A stretch of 58,423 bases of DNA, the filler included, from Catajapyx aquilonaris (Eukaryota), in the NCBI GenBank assembly GCA_000934665.2. It is 4 parts of 4 records of this genome, joined end to end, with 100 filler letters (N's around TTAATTAATTAA, not from the genome) between each part and the next. Parts side by side here need not be neighbours in the genome. Positions count along the whole stretch, not along the records: positions 29,211 to 43,821 come from KZ539731.1; positions 43,922 to 58,423 come from JYFJ02007761.1; 2 more parts are not named here. One strand, given 5' to 3'. Numbering within the stretch: position 1 is the stretch's first letter; each line of letters opens with the position of its first letter. Below the pieces are notes generated by a model that saw only the letters and a program-made list of their open reading frames with translations, did no database searches and was not told the origin of the DNA. Positions 36,165 to 47,591 of this stretch are shown in pieces. Made by a program: the position numbers and the translations under genes.

Positions 36165-39100
36165 ATGGCTTTTTTCCCCGACTACAATGATATGAGGAAG
36201 GAAATAAGGACCTTTGTCGCTCTTCTATTGGCAGAAGTGGTGTGTCTGCGAATTGTATTGCATTGCAACGTATTCTGCACGGCCTGCAGTCACATTATTT
36301 TGTTCCCGGTCACTTTCTGCTGCTGGATTTGGTGCTTGAGATCGAGAAAGGTTGTTGTTGTTGTTGTTATTGTTGTTGTTGTTGCTTTGTTGTTGTTATT
36401 GTTATTATTATTTTAATTCAATTGTGTCTATTCTGTGCAGCTTGATCCGAATGGAAGAGCAGTACTCATCTCAGGCTGTGGTTCAGGATTTGGAAATGCT
36501 GCTGCCTACAAACTACATGCACTTGCAAGTATCTTGTTGATCATAACACTTCTCTTACAATATTACAAGTACAATTATAATTAAAATAAAATAATTATTA
36601 CTCTTGTATTGATGCAGGGTTTCACTGTGTTTGCTGGGTTCCGCTCGCTAAAAAAAGAGGGTGGTGATTCGGTCAAACTTCGAGACATGAAATCTACGAG
36701 ATTGCACATCATCGAGCTGGATGTAACGTCAGAGGAAAGCGTAGAGAAGGCAGTCAAATATGTGACTAATCATCTACCGATAGATTCTAAAGGTAATGTA
36801 CAGTACTGAACTAAATATTTAAAAATGGTTGTAATCATTATAACACCTAATCAACTGTGCATACGCAACTTCCACTTGATTGCCCCATATTTTCTCTGTA
36901 TGTTTTTGTTCGTGTAAGTTTATTACTTCTTGAAGTGTATAGAAGATTCGGGCTACAGTAGCCTATAAACCAACGCTCCACATAGATGATGTGTTTCATG
37001 TGTAATACGCATCGTGTAATACGCATTATGCTATAATCTTTAATATGCACTTTATGCAGGTATGTGGGCCTTAATCAACAATGCAGGTGTAAGTGAAGTG
37101 GGAACATTTGAACGCTTGCCCATGGAAACCTATGAAAAGATTATGTCTGTCAACCTTTATGGGCAAATACGAATGACGAAGAAGTTTCTTCATTTGCTTG
37201 ACAAAAACCATGGTGAGTAGGCCTATAGCTAGTCAATCGCAAACATACTGTATGTTACAGTACCTTTATTTTCTTTTATTCCCTAACACAGTGGTTCCCA
37301 ACCTTTTTCGGGACGCGCGACCCCCAGGTTGAGCACCACTGGTCTAACAAGACTAAAGGCCATACAAAAAAATGTCGCGCGGCAAACGGCGCTCGTTGCG
37401 GCAAATTTTTTATTTATATTTATTGTTGCCAATTGTTGGCAATAATAAATATAAATAATAAATTTGCCGCAACGCGCGCCGTTTGCCGCGCGTCATTTTT
37501 TTGTGAAATGGTCTTAACTCTTTGAAACCTTATTATACAAGACTGCCACTATGTTTATTGTTGCCGTGTAAATATACGGTACTCTTGCCAATGCGTTTTA
37601 CATATTATATTATATTATATTACAGGGTGGACGGAAAGTTTCGGACCCCCCAGGTTTTTAAATCCTACTTTTCACAGCGTCTTTTCACATCTTTTAAAAG
37701 TCCAAAAGCAGTTCTAATGTACACTATCTTTTGAAGCATAATCTTGAGAACATCTGAGCACCTTCGCTCTCGCAATTCCATTAATAACTTCGCCTCTGTG
37801 ACTCATCTAAACATCCTATCTGTTTTGCGTTTATTTTGCTTGTTGCCTTGGAGGACACCTGGTCATATTCTGCGTCAGATAAGGTTTTTATGACCCTTTT
37901 CCGTGAGTTCCCCTTCATGCAAATGTTGTGGACTCACTTCTGACCTTATTTTTCGCATTGGTCCATAACCTGGTCCAATAAAAATTTGAAAAGGAATGCA
38001 TGAAATGGCGGACCCGGATCCATTACTTTCGAATTGGTACCATCACATTTGTCTCCATTTTTACTTTAAAATAATTTTTTGGTGCGAAAGGACGTGAACG
38101 AAATGATGTGTCATGTTGATTAATTTGCCAAGGTAGGACTGTTTACTGTCCTTTCCCACCAAAAAATTATTTTAAAGTAAAAATGGAGACAAATGTGATG
38201 GTACCAATTCGAAAATAATGCATCCTGGTCCGCCATTTAAATGATTTAATGCATTCCTTTTTATTGGATCAGGTTATGGACCAATGCGAAAAATAAGGTC
38301 AGAAGTGAGTTCAAAACATTTGCATGAAGGGGAACTCACGGAAAAGGGTCATAAAAACCTTATCTGACGCAGAATATGACCAGGTGTCCTCCAAGGCAAC
38401 AAGCAAAATAAACGCAAAACAGATAGGATGTTTAGATGAGTCACAGAGGCGAAGTTATTAATGGAATTGCGAGAGCGAATGTGCTTAGATGTTCTCCAGA
38501 TTATGCTTCAAAAGATAGTGTACATTAGAACTGCTTGTGGACTTTTAAAAGATGTGAAAAGACGCTGTGAAAAGTAGGGTTNNNNNNNNNNGGGGGGGGG
38601 GGGTCCGAAACTTTCCGTCCACCCTGTATATTATATTATATTATATTATATTATATTATATTATATTAATGCAGGGCGTATTGTCAACATCGGCAGTCTA
38701 GCGAGCTACATCGGACATTTCCTTTCTTCAGCGTACGCTTCGTCCAAGTGGGCCCTAAAGGGTTTCTCCGAGTGCATCAGACAAGAACTGTCTCCTAAGG
38801 GGATCCGTGTGATTACCATCGATCCTGGGAATTATCTGTCTGGTACAGTACCTGTGTACAGTCAATTTTTTTCCAAATCCCAAACCATCATGATCCCATA
38901 TCATCGCGGATCTGGTGCCCTCGTCGGAGCAGTAGAAATAATAGTTACTGCCCCATTGTTGTTATTTGAATAACTTACTGCCTTCAGGGAGATGAAGTGG
39001 CGTCGCGGTAACGCGTGCGCCCACGGATATGAAGGTCCCGGGTTCAATCCCCACCTGGGATTCCCACCTTTATCCGTGCAGAGTTGGGCCATCTCTGGCT

Positions 39101-42088
39101 TCATTTCGGGTGGAAATTTCCTAAAGACTAATCCACCCGGGGGAGTTCACAAAATGACCAATTAACGACAGCGCACATGCACTTTGCACATCCCCTCCTA
39201 CCAACCCTTGTAGTACACTTATAATATTCCATCTTAACACGCTCCAAAAATACCAATGGTGGTAATCCACCACCCCCTATAGACCCAACAGGTCATCACG
39301 GAGTAAATTTTTTAAAAAACTTACCTACCTCAGCAACAATTTTAGAGATATTCCTTGCCTATTCACCTGATAATACGCTCAAAAACGACTAGATCATTAT
39401 GTCGAAATACGGCCGCGTTCGAATGAGAAAACCTGAGGTGTTCTTGCTTCACCAGATAAAATAGGGAGGTTTGTGTTTACCCGATATTTAACTGCTGGTT
39501 TTCGAAAACTCGAGTTGATACAACGAGTTTTTCATTAATCAAAAATTTTCTGCCTAAAAACCACAGCTGCGCTAGTTTAGAGAAAACCTGCTTTGATACA
39601 ACCGGCCGGCCCTTAGAAGAATATACGATGGCATGCCAAAAATATCGTGTAGGTTTGTGGTAGTGCTTCCAGATTATAGACTAACCACCTGGAGAACTTT
39701 ATCATTAGTACAAGGACAGAATTTACATTACACTTGCACGTTGTATACTCTTACAGTCTCCATTTGCCCGTCCCAGTCAGAATCTAATCCTGGGAGTTTG
39801 TCGGAATATAGTTACAAAACCCACCGTATGCACAGTATACGTATACAGGGTGTAAATGAATTCGGGGGACAAACTTGTAGGGGTAATAGAGGGGACCAAG
39901 ACAAACATATTATTTGACCTAGGAACCTGTGTCTGGAAACGCCATCTAGAGGGGGTTCATAGACCAGGAACGGGTGCGCTCAGACTCGTCACGCGGGAGG
40001 CGCTAAAGAGCGGACCGTTTAGTTGCTAGGTGGCGCGCGGATTGTACACAACTTTGCAATTCGCCATAACTTGGCAACAACAAAGTTGTTGTTTATTATC
40101 TGTGCGCTACCTAGCATGCTGACTTTAGTTGTTAGGTGGCTCTGTTGTTGCCAGGTTATGGCAAATTGCGAAGTTGTGTACAATCCGCACGCCACCTAGC
40201 AACTAAACGGTCTGCTCGCTAAAGCCGCCCGCCTGACGCGTCTGAGCGCACCCATTCCTTGTCTATGAACCCCCTCTAGATGGCGTTTCCGGACACAGGA
40301 TCCTAGGTCAAATATGTTTGCCTTGGTCCCCTCTATTACCCCTACAAGTTTGTCCCCCGAATTCATTTACACCCTGTATACAGGGTGTCTATTGTAACTC
40401 TGCAAAGACTTTCAGGGATAATAGAGGGGACCAAGACAAGTATTTTTGACATAGGAACCCGTGTCCGGAAACGCCATCTAGAGGGGGTTAATAGACGAGG
40501 AACGGGTGCGCTCAGACGCGTCACGCGAGAGGCACTAGTCGAGCGGACTGTTTTGTTGATAGATGGCGCGCAGGTGTTGCCAGGTTATGTGGTATCGTGT
40601 CGTTGTAAGTAAACAACAACGCGATACGCCATAACCTGGTAACAACAGAACCGCTGTTGACTATCCGCGCGTCTCCTAGGAGGCGGACTTTAGTTGCTAG
40701 ATGGCTCTGCTGTTGCCACGTTACGGCACATCGCATCGTTGGTTACTATCCGAGCGCCATCTATCAACAAAACAATCCGCTCACCTAGCACCTCTCGCGT
40801 GACGCGTCTGAGCGCACCCGTTCCTTGTCTATGAACCCCCTCTAGATGGCGTTTCCGGACATGGTTTCCTATGTCAAAAATGTTTGTCTTGGTCCCCTCT
40901 ATTACCCCTGAAAGTCTTTGCAGAGCTACAATAAACACCCTGTATATGTATACACACACACTAGAACTAGAGAGTATACTGGATGTTTGTATATCGTCTT
41001 CGCGCTTTATTTCAGCCACAAACATATATTCTACTGGGTTAACAGAGAGAAATTACCCTCATGCAGCCGAAGAAAATGACATCCAGCAAGCTTTGATGAA
41101 ATTTTACGTAAGATTTTCTGTAAGTGATACTCTCCATATTTGTAATTAATAAGCTAGTACATTAACAATACAGGCTACATACCGTAGGCAGGATTTTCAT
41201 CTCGGCTGACCGGATTTTTGGCACTGGTATGTGGGCACGCTGTACCAACACATAACCCATGACCGAACTTTTCTTCCCGGCGGCGGATACACGCCTTTCT
41301 TCAGCAGATCCACGCATATCTTTCAGCAGATCCACGCATATCGTACTACAGGAAAGTAGGGAAAAGTGCAAGGCCAGCCGATATGACAGCGTAGCCCAAT
41401 GACAAGACGTTTCAGTCCAATCATCTTAGGGTTGAAGCTGGGGAGTAGGGGAAGAAGTAATGGATTAATATTGGCCTCAGTAATATGTTCAAAGGGCAGC
41501 AACCTGTTGGAAGGAAGGAAGGAAGTAACAATCATATGGCAATCACTTGTCGATGTTCACATTGTAGCACTTGTTTCTGAAGTGCCAATCCAGAACTTGT
41601 TCTTCTTTCCTATACATTGAAGTCAGAACTTTGCGGCGCATTTTTGCGCACCACTCGGTGTATACTAAGGCATGCGTATAAATTATAAAAGGTGTGGAGG
41701 CCTAATAGTTAAATTTGTGCTCATATAGGTTAATATAATAACGTATAGGAATATTTCAATTTCAGCATTAATAAAAATAATCTGCGCTACGCAATTCATT
41801 CGCTGTGAAAAAATGCATTTATATTTGTTTACCAACTGACCTGCATACAAATCTGAAGGAAAAAATAACCTGCAATAATTATTTTGTCCTACTTTTTTTC
41901 AGAACTCTGACATCAGCGAAGTAGTGGATTCCATTACTGACTCTGTGACTGCCTCCTATCCTGCTACAAACTACATATGTGGAGGAATTGCTGATAAAAT
42001 AGTCATGATTACTGCAGGATTTACACCTAGTTTCATAGTGGACTTCATGATGGAGAAAGTGATTAATTACGTCATCTCTTCTCAATGA
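36165..42088 (+). CDS. Classical SDR, retinol dehydrogenase / BDH1 / 17-beta-HSD2-like (SDR9C-like), complete, 351 aa
   Basis: Exons 36165-36350, 36441-36524, 36618-36792, 37060-37212, 38675-38842, 41016-41119, 41903-42088 total 1056 nt with consistent phases. Hydrophobic N-terminus, AVLISGCGSGFG (GxxxGxG), LDVT, WALINNAG, VNLYG, GRIVNIGS, catalytic YASSK, DPGNY. Confidence 0.9.
37289..37341. mobile_element. 53-bp minimal hAT MITE
   Basis: CAGTGGTTCCCAACC...GGTTGAGCACCACTG, flanks CCCTAACA / GTCTAACA. Confidence 0.7.
37357..37514. mobile_element. Fully palindromic Harbinger-type MITE
   Basis: About 77-bp arms with a few-nt loop; TAA flanks. Confidence 0.75.
37623..38626. mobile_element. 1-kb near-perfect hairpin Tc1/mariner-type MITE
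   Basis: TA|CAGGGTGGACGGAAAGTTTCGGACCC...GGGTCCGAAACTTTCCGTCCACCCTG|TA with ~470-bp arms, inserted in a (TATAT)n tract. Confidence 0.9.
38987..39317 (+). mobile_element. tRNA-derived SINE family C
   Basis: Head GGAGATGAAGTGGCGTCGCGGTAAC...GGTTCAATCCC; homologous to 48155-48525; imperfect TSD. Confidence 0.8.
39846..40376. mobile_element. Palindromic Tc1/mariner-type MITE (first of an adjacent pair)
   Basis: TA|CAGGGTGTAAATGAATTCGGGGGACAAAC...; arms ~235 bp. Confidence 0.88.
40381..40942. mobile_element. Palindromic Tc1/mariner-type MITE (second of an adjacent pair)
   Basis: TA|CAGGGTGTCTATTGTAACTCTGCAAAGAC...GTCTTTGCAGAGCTACAATAAACACCCTG|TA. Confidence 0.88.
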
Positions 42089-42675
42089 GAGCTGTGCGAG
42101 TAATAGTCATAAGTGATATTGCAATGATCACGTTAATGCGCATGTAATTATTCGTATATTCCAATAATGCAATCCCCATGTAGTGTATGTCTGTCTGTTT
42201 TTCTTACTTCCCAACGAGGTTGAAGGGCAAAACATTGATGATTTGTTGGTATGTAAGAATTTACCAACATTCTGAAAAGCCAAAAAAGTGTACGGAGTCC
42301 GGGTGGTTTTGAGAGGCAAATCTTTCATTTCAGGGGAGTACAGTAAGTACAGTAAGACCGTACAACAATTTTCAACGGTGAATTTTTCCAACTCCTAATT
42401 CTTCTTGTTGGTGTTACGTTTTTTTAAAATTCGTCATAACTGAAGTTCTGCTATTTTGAACACAAATCCCCACCGTCATGAAGTGCATTCTTACCATTAA
42501 CACCTTTACCGACACAAATTATGTATACCATGTTATAAACTTTGCACTGCACATTGCACATCCCCTCCTGTCATCCTGCCCGCGGGCCCGGGCTATATAT
42601 GTAATACTTCAATAGAATTCCGTGTGATATATATCGTTATATGCCCAAACCCAGGGGGGGGGGGGTGAAAGCACG

Positions 42676-42747
<72 letters not shown>

Positions 42748-43736
42748 ACTCCTCGTCTCGTCGCTTTGGTCATATCCAATTATTATCTACTCTCTTTTTT
42801 TTCATCTCAGAAAGTTGGACTTGACTTTCCCAAATCCTCTTCTTCAGATAAACGCCTCCCTTAACTGTCAAACATGAAAATCAGTGACATAATGGGAATA
42901 CACAGTAATACAATCTCACCCCGTCTTTCATTCATTGGGCCATAGCTGAAGAACAAGTTCAGATTTTTAGAGCGTCAATTTACTCTTCCTTCAATAATAA
43001 TAATGTAGTTGACTAGGTAGTAAGAATTAACTTACCAGGTAACGAGATGCAACCGGCCACTCACGGCAACCAATGATACAATACCACCAAGTGCAAAACT
43101 TACAGAAAATCCCAATTTCAACAATAATTTATTTTAAGGGCCTTATCGCATCAAATCGCGAATTCTCTTCGTGATTGTCAATCTTGAACATTTTCCAATG
43201 TACTGGAATATGCCTAATTTCCCTAGTTTACGCCTGCTACCAGTAGAGTGCGTTGTTGTCCCGAAAGACGCGCTGGCATGATCTCACCCCAGTTGGCACA
43301 AACTCACCCCGTTTGACGGTATAGCTTTAAAGTATTGAACGGTTGACCAGGGGTCGATCCGAATCAAGTTTGCCGAAAGGTTGCTAGACCATCTCGTATT
43401 TTCGTTCAAAAAATCACAGTTGTAGAGCACATGATTATGCCATAATACCGCAACTGTATAGTATCAAGTTTCATCCATATTGCGCAATTGCGTGGGGAGG
43501 GAAAACATAGCGAAATGGAAATCGCTGAAAATGAGGCTTTTTTGTATAATTTTTTTCCGTCAGTGGAAGTGGTCAAAACCCAATAAACATAAAATATATA
43601 TGTATACATATCAAATGAAAGAGACACACTGCACATGAATCGTGTCGGTTGCAGAACAAGTCTCGTATTATCGTATATCGATGATAAAAGACACGCTTGA
43701 TCCAGTCAAGTACCCCCCGTAGTGGCACCATCTCTC

Positions 43737-43821
43737 GCCAAGGGCCATACCACGTTGAAAGCACCGGTTCTCGTCCGATCCCCGAAGTGAAGCAACGTTG
43801 GGCCCGGGTAGTACTTGGATG
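43737..43821 (+). rRNA. 5S rRNA gene or 5S-derived copy, 3' end cut by the contig end
   Basis: GCCAAGGGCCATACCACGTTGAAAGCACCGGTTCTCGTCCGATCCCCGAAGTGAAGCAACGTTGGGCCCGGGTAGTACTTGGATG matches the first ~85 nt of arthropod 5S rRNA, with a few substitutions. Confidence 0.85.
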
Positions 43822-43921
43822 NNNNNNNNNNNNNNNNNNNNNNNNNNNNNNNNNNNNNNNNNNNNTTAATTAATTAANNNNNNNNNNNNNNNNNNNNNNN
43901 NNNNNNNNNNNNNNNNNNNNN
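43822..43921. other. Artificial contig-joining spacer
   Basis: 44 N + TTAATTAATTAA + 44 N. Confidence 0.97.
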
Positions 43922-44673
43922 GGGGGGGGGGGGCGCCGATAGAGCTTCTTGCCAAGGGCGCCAGGTAACCTAGGTACCCCTCTGCACACCCCATATATTC
44001 CATTGTTGAACCATTGCATTGTATACCTACATGATATATATCAAATGAAAGGTATTGAACAGGAGAATTTTATGGTGAAATGAAATTTCACCGAATGTTT
44101 CATTTTAAATTATAAAAAGATAAAACGCACAATCTCAATTTACTCTATATTTCGGATGGCCGTAAATCCCCCAATATTTGTGCTATCTGCTTTGAATTTG
44201 GGAAGTAGCACTTGTGGAGTGACCAATCAAAACGCAACAAACGCCAACAAAGCCATTTCGAGATATTCAACAAAAACCTATTGCTCCCAAATGGAATGTG
44301 ACCAAGAAACAAAATGTGCAGTACATTATGCCCATATGCAGAGGTGGTTAATGGTGTATGTTAATGAAATCAGGAATTGTCTAGTCACGAGAAAAAAATT
44401 AATCAAAATTTGACTTATTGCGTTTTGATTGGGTACATGTGTCAGATGTTGCGTTTTGATCGAATATTATCATTGGCCGTATTATTAAACTGTGATAAAT
44501 TCATAGTTTCTTCTATCAGCAGGAACCATGATACCATATCCTTGACACTAATTATTATCTAAATACAATGCTAATCATGAGAACATCATTAGCTATTTTT
44601 TTTTTAATTTTATTACTTATACACCCTTCGGGGTTGGAGCGAGTCGATGAGAACAACATACGTACTACTGTAG

Positions 44674-44789
44674 TACTGAAAAAAGCGCTCTCATGCTACA
44701 CCGGCAGGGTACTGTACAAATTAGTGTACTACTGTAAAGTGGTGTGTTCAGTACTCTGCCGGTGTAGCATGAGAGTGCCTTTTTCAGTG
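44674..44789. mobile_element. Small hairpin MITE with (C)ACTG...CAGTG ends
   Basis: ACTGAAAAAAGCGCTCTCATGCTACACCGGCAG / CTGCCGGTGTAGCATGAGAGTGCCTTTTTCAGT. Confidence 0.65.
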
Positions 44790-45068
44790 CAACCCGCAAG
44801 GCTAAAAACCCGTCAACCAGCTTCAAACACGTTCAAACCACTGCACTCTTGCCTTGCATTTGCCGTGCACGCCAGGCTCAATTCAAACAGAAAGGACATG
44901 ACGTCACGCCATACGGCCACAATAAATAAATTGATTACTGCCGTATTTCTAATTGTTTTATGAAACCGACCGGGTTGTCGCCACCTACGATTTTTCCCCA
45001 CCCCTTCGTGCGCACTTGACCCGTGACTCTGATACACCCTGTACAAAGCTCCTGCTAATGTTCATTCC

Positions 45069-45875
45069 TTGAATAACCATTGGTATGCAGTATTTCTTAA
45101 ATCATCTACCAAGGCCAAATCTGATCTCTCCTCACTTCCTCCAAACAAAGGGGCCCCAGAGCAACACTCGTTTAGAGTGTACGTACAGGTACAACAGTGG
45201 CTTGATAACCAATTACCTCCTGACCAGTGGGGGTGGGCCCTAGGAGAGGATAGATCCTTATTCCCATTGACAGCAAAGGACCCGGTAGCTCCTGACTCAA
45301 TTCTTAACTCCATATTTTGTGGCTGTACAACTGGGAATGGTGGAATATGTGGGTGCCGGAAAGCTGGCATTCAATGCTCATCTGTTTGCGGCACCGGCCG
45401 TGGTACCTGCACTAATGGGTGCACCTCTAGAAGCAGAGGAGTTCGAACTTGATCAAGGCGTGGAAGAAGCTGATGACGTGATGAGTTTTTATTATGATCA
45501 AGTGTCAGCATGGTTTTAGTTTACTAGTAATAAAAACTGGGGAGGTGTGGTGGCCATGATGGTAACGTCACGGCTTGCTGAGTGAAAGGCCCCAGGTTCG
45601 ATCCCCGCCTGGGGAACTTTCCTTTCACGTGCGTCAGGAGGGTCTCTGACCTGCACCACGGAGGTGTCTGGCAACCTAGCCTCCTAGGGAACAGCACATG
45701 GCCCAATAGCAAAGGACACTGCACCTTGCACACATGTTCCCTCCCCAAAAATCCCCGTCCCTTCCCATTGTCCTTGTCTCCTTGCACCGGTGGTTGAAGA
45801 GAAAAATGTACAGAAAACTGATGGTGGTATGCCACCCCCTATAGCTCCCATAGAGGGACATCACGGGGTAAAATA

Positions 45876-45949
<74 letters not shown>

Positions 45950-46282
45950 CTTCCTTTTTAACAGTAAAACTAATATTTTCAACCACTTTTTCCATCCCCC
46001 TCTATCTTCTAAATCTAAACTATTGATCCTACGGAAAACATGTAGAGGTCAGTTTTGTAGGACATTAAATGTAGTTTAATTTTGTACATAAAGTGTTTCT
46101 TGCTAGAACCCTTACGTTTTGAGATATTCAAGAAAAACCTATTAAGAACAACCTTTAAACCCCCCCCTCTACCACCCGGGGGGACTTTTAGTATGTCGTT
46201 TAGGACACACCCCCCCACAGCTGTGCCAAATTTCAAAACCACACGATTTATTTTCTCTATTTTCCCTTCATTGCCTGGACTA
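45069..46282 (+). mobile_element. 3' fragment of an Academ (AcademX-like) transposon
   Basis: ORF 45069..45452 carries LPP...QHSFRVYVQVQQW...P..WGW...P...AP..ILNSIFCGC...CGCRKAGIQCSSVC...CTN, the Cys-rich tail found after the XPG-like domain in Academ proteins. The region ends in GCCTGGACTA (inverse TAGTCCAGGC) and is interrupted by a SINE. Confidence 0.6.
45539..45935 (+). mobile_element. SINE family A with (AAT)n tail
   Basis: A-box TGGCCATGATGG, B-box GGTTCGATCCC, family body, long AAT tail. Confidence 0.85.
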
Positions 46283-46537
46283 CCTGGCGATTGTCCGCAA
46301 GAATTCCTTCACCCTGTATAAGTTGTGGATTGCCTGTACAGATTAAAGGCAGAAAGAAATATGTTAAATGATTGCATTTCATGGAGCTTGCCTGAAACAC
46401 TGAGAAGACGGCTGCCCTCATGTGGACATCCCTGTGTCTTGTGTGCCAATCAGAAAAAGAGAGAAGCAATGCAGTCCAGGCATCTGTCAGATAAACTTAC
46501 TAGCTTTGGCCTTGTTCTGACAAAGGCAGAGATTGGC

Positions 46538-46788
46538 TTTTTTTTTTAACCCCGTGATAGGGCCATAGGCCCTTTTAGGGGGTTGGAATACACCATCCTT
46601 CAATTTTTCTGTAATTTTTCTTCTGACTCCGGTGCAAGGATGAAAGGATATGGGGTAAGGATGGGGATTTCTGGGGAGGGGACACAGGTGCAAGTGGAAT
46701 GTCTGGAAAGGGGTCATGTGCAGTGTCCCAGGAGGTTAGGTTGCCAAGATGCCTCCTAGGCACGGGTCAGAGACCCACTGACGCACAG
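46538..46788 (-). mobile_element. SINE family A, 5'-truncated
   Basis: Reverse-complement match to the family body and tail. Confidence 0.75.
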
Positions 46789-47591
46789 ATTGGCATTTCA
46801 AAAAGAGTTTCTTTCTTGAGAGTCCATTCCATTTTAATTCCTGCAAATGCATGCACAGCAGGTCCAAAATTCAAAATTAACACATGCTTTACAGTCTTTT
46901 TATTATGAATGCTCAAAAATGTTTTAAATGCAATCTCTCCACCCTGGAATTGAACTATTTCTATAGTATGTCTACTCATACAGAAAAAAGCAAATAATTA
47001 TAATCAGCATAGTAAATAGCTGCACATGATTGTAATGACAGCAAACCCCCCATCCCTATCCCATTGGCTGCTACTGTGTACTAAAGTATTGTGTTACTAC
47101 ACAGTGAACACCCTCAGACACTGGAGTCATGGACAAGATGTGTGGCTGGGTATTTTATAATACAAAAAAAAAAAACTCATCCATGTAACTGTATTGAATA
47201 AATATCTCACAGTTCAGGCAAGAAGGCATTCTTCAGTGACATTTCTTATTTTCATTCATGACTATGAAAGTATAGTTTAAAATATCTTTGTAAAGCACAC
47301 ATTATTATTAAATATGCTCTTGCACTTACAGCCTACCCCACCACCGGGCACTCCACCATGCTGGATTAGACGACCTGTATCAATCGACGTGAATATCAAC
47401 AATATTGCCATGCAGTGGGACTTGCCTTTTCCAGAAAGTTACGAAGACATCACTAGCATTCGCTACATTGACCAATGGCATGTAGGCGTAGCATTTCAGA
47501 TAGGACATGTTGTTGTAAGTAGCACAAGTTATTATTTCCACTCAATAAACCAGCTTCTTTGAAGCATGCAATTCTATCACATGCATAATCT

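Noticed and set aside
39334..39392. Possible SDR exon after CTCAG at 39333
   Set aside because: It hits a stop after ~19 codons; the AG lies in a SINE TSD, and exon 41016-41119 has paralogue support.
44674..44789. Pre-miRNA-like hairpin
   Set aside because: Ends and symmetry fit a MITE, and there is no expression evidence.
45539..45615. tRNA genes at SINE heads
   Set aside because: A and B boxes are present, but each continues into a shared body and tail, often with TSDs, and I cannot fold a full cloverleaf.
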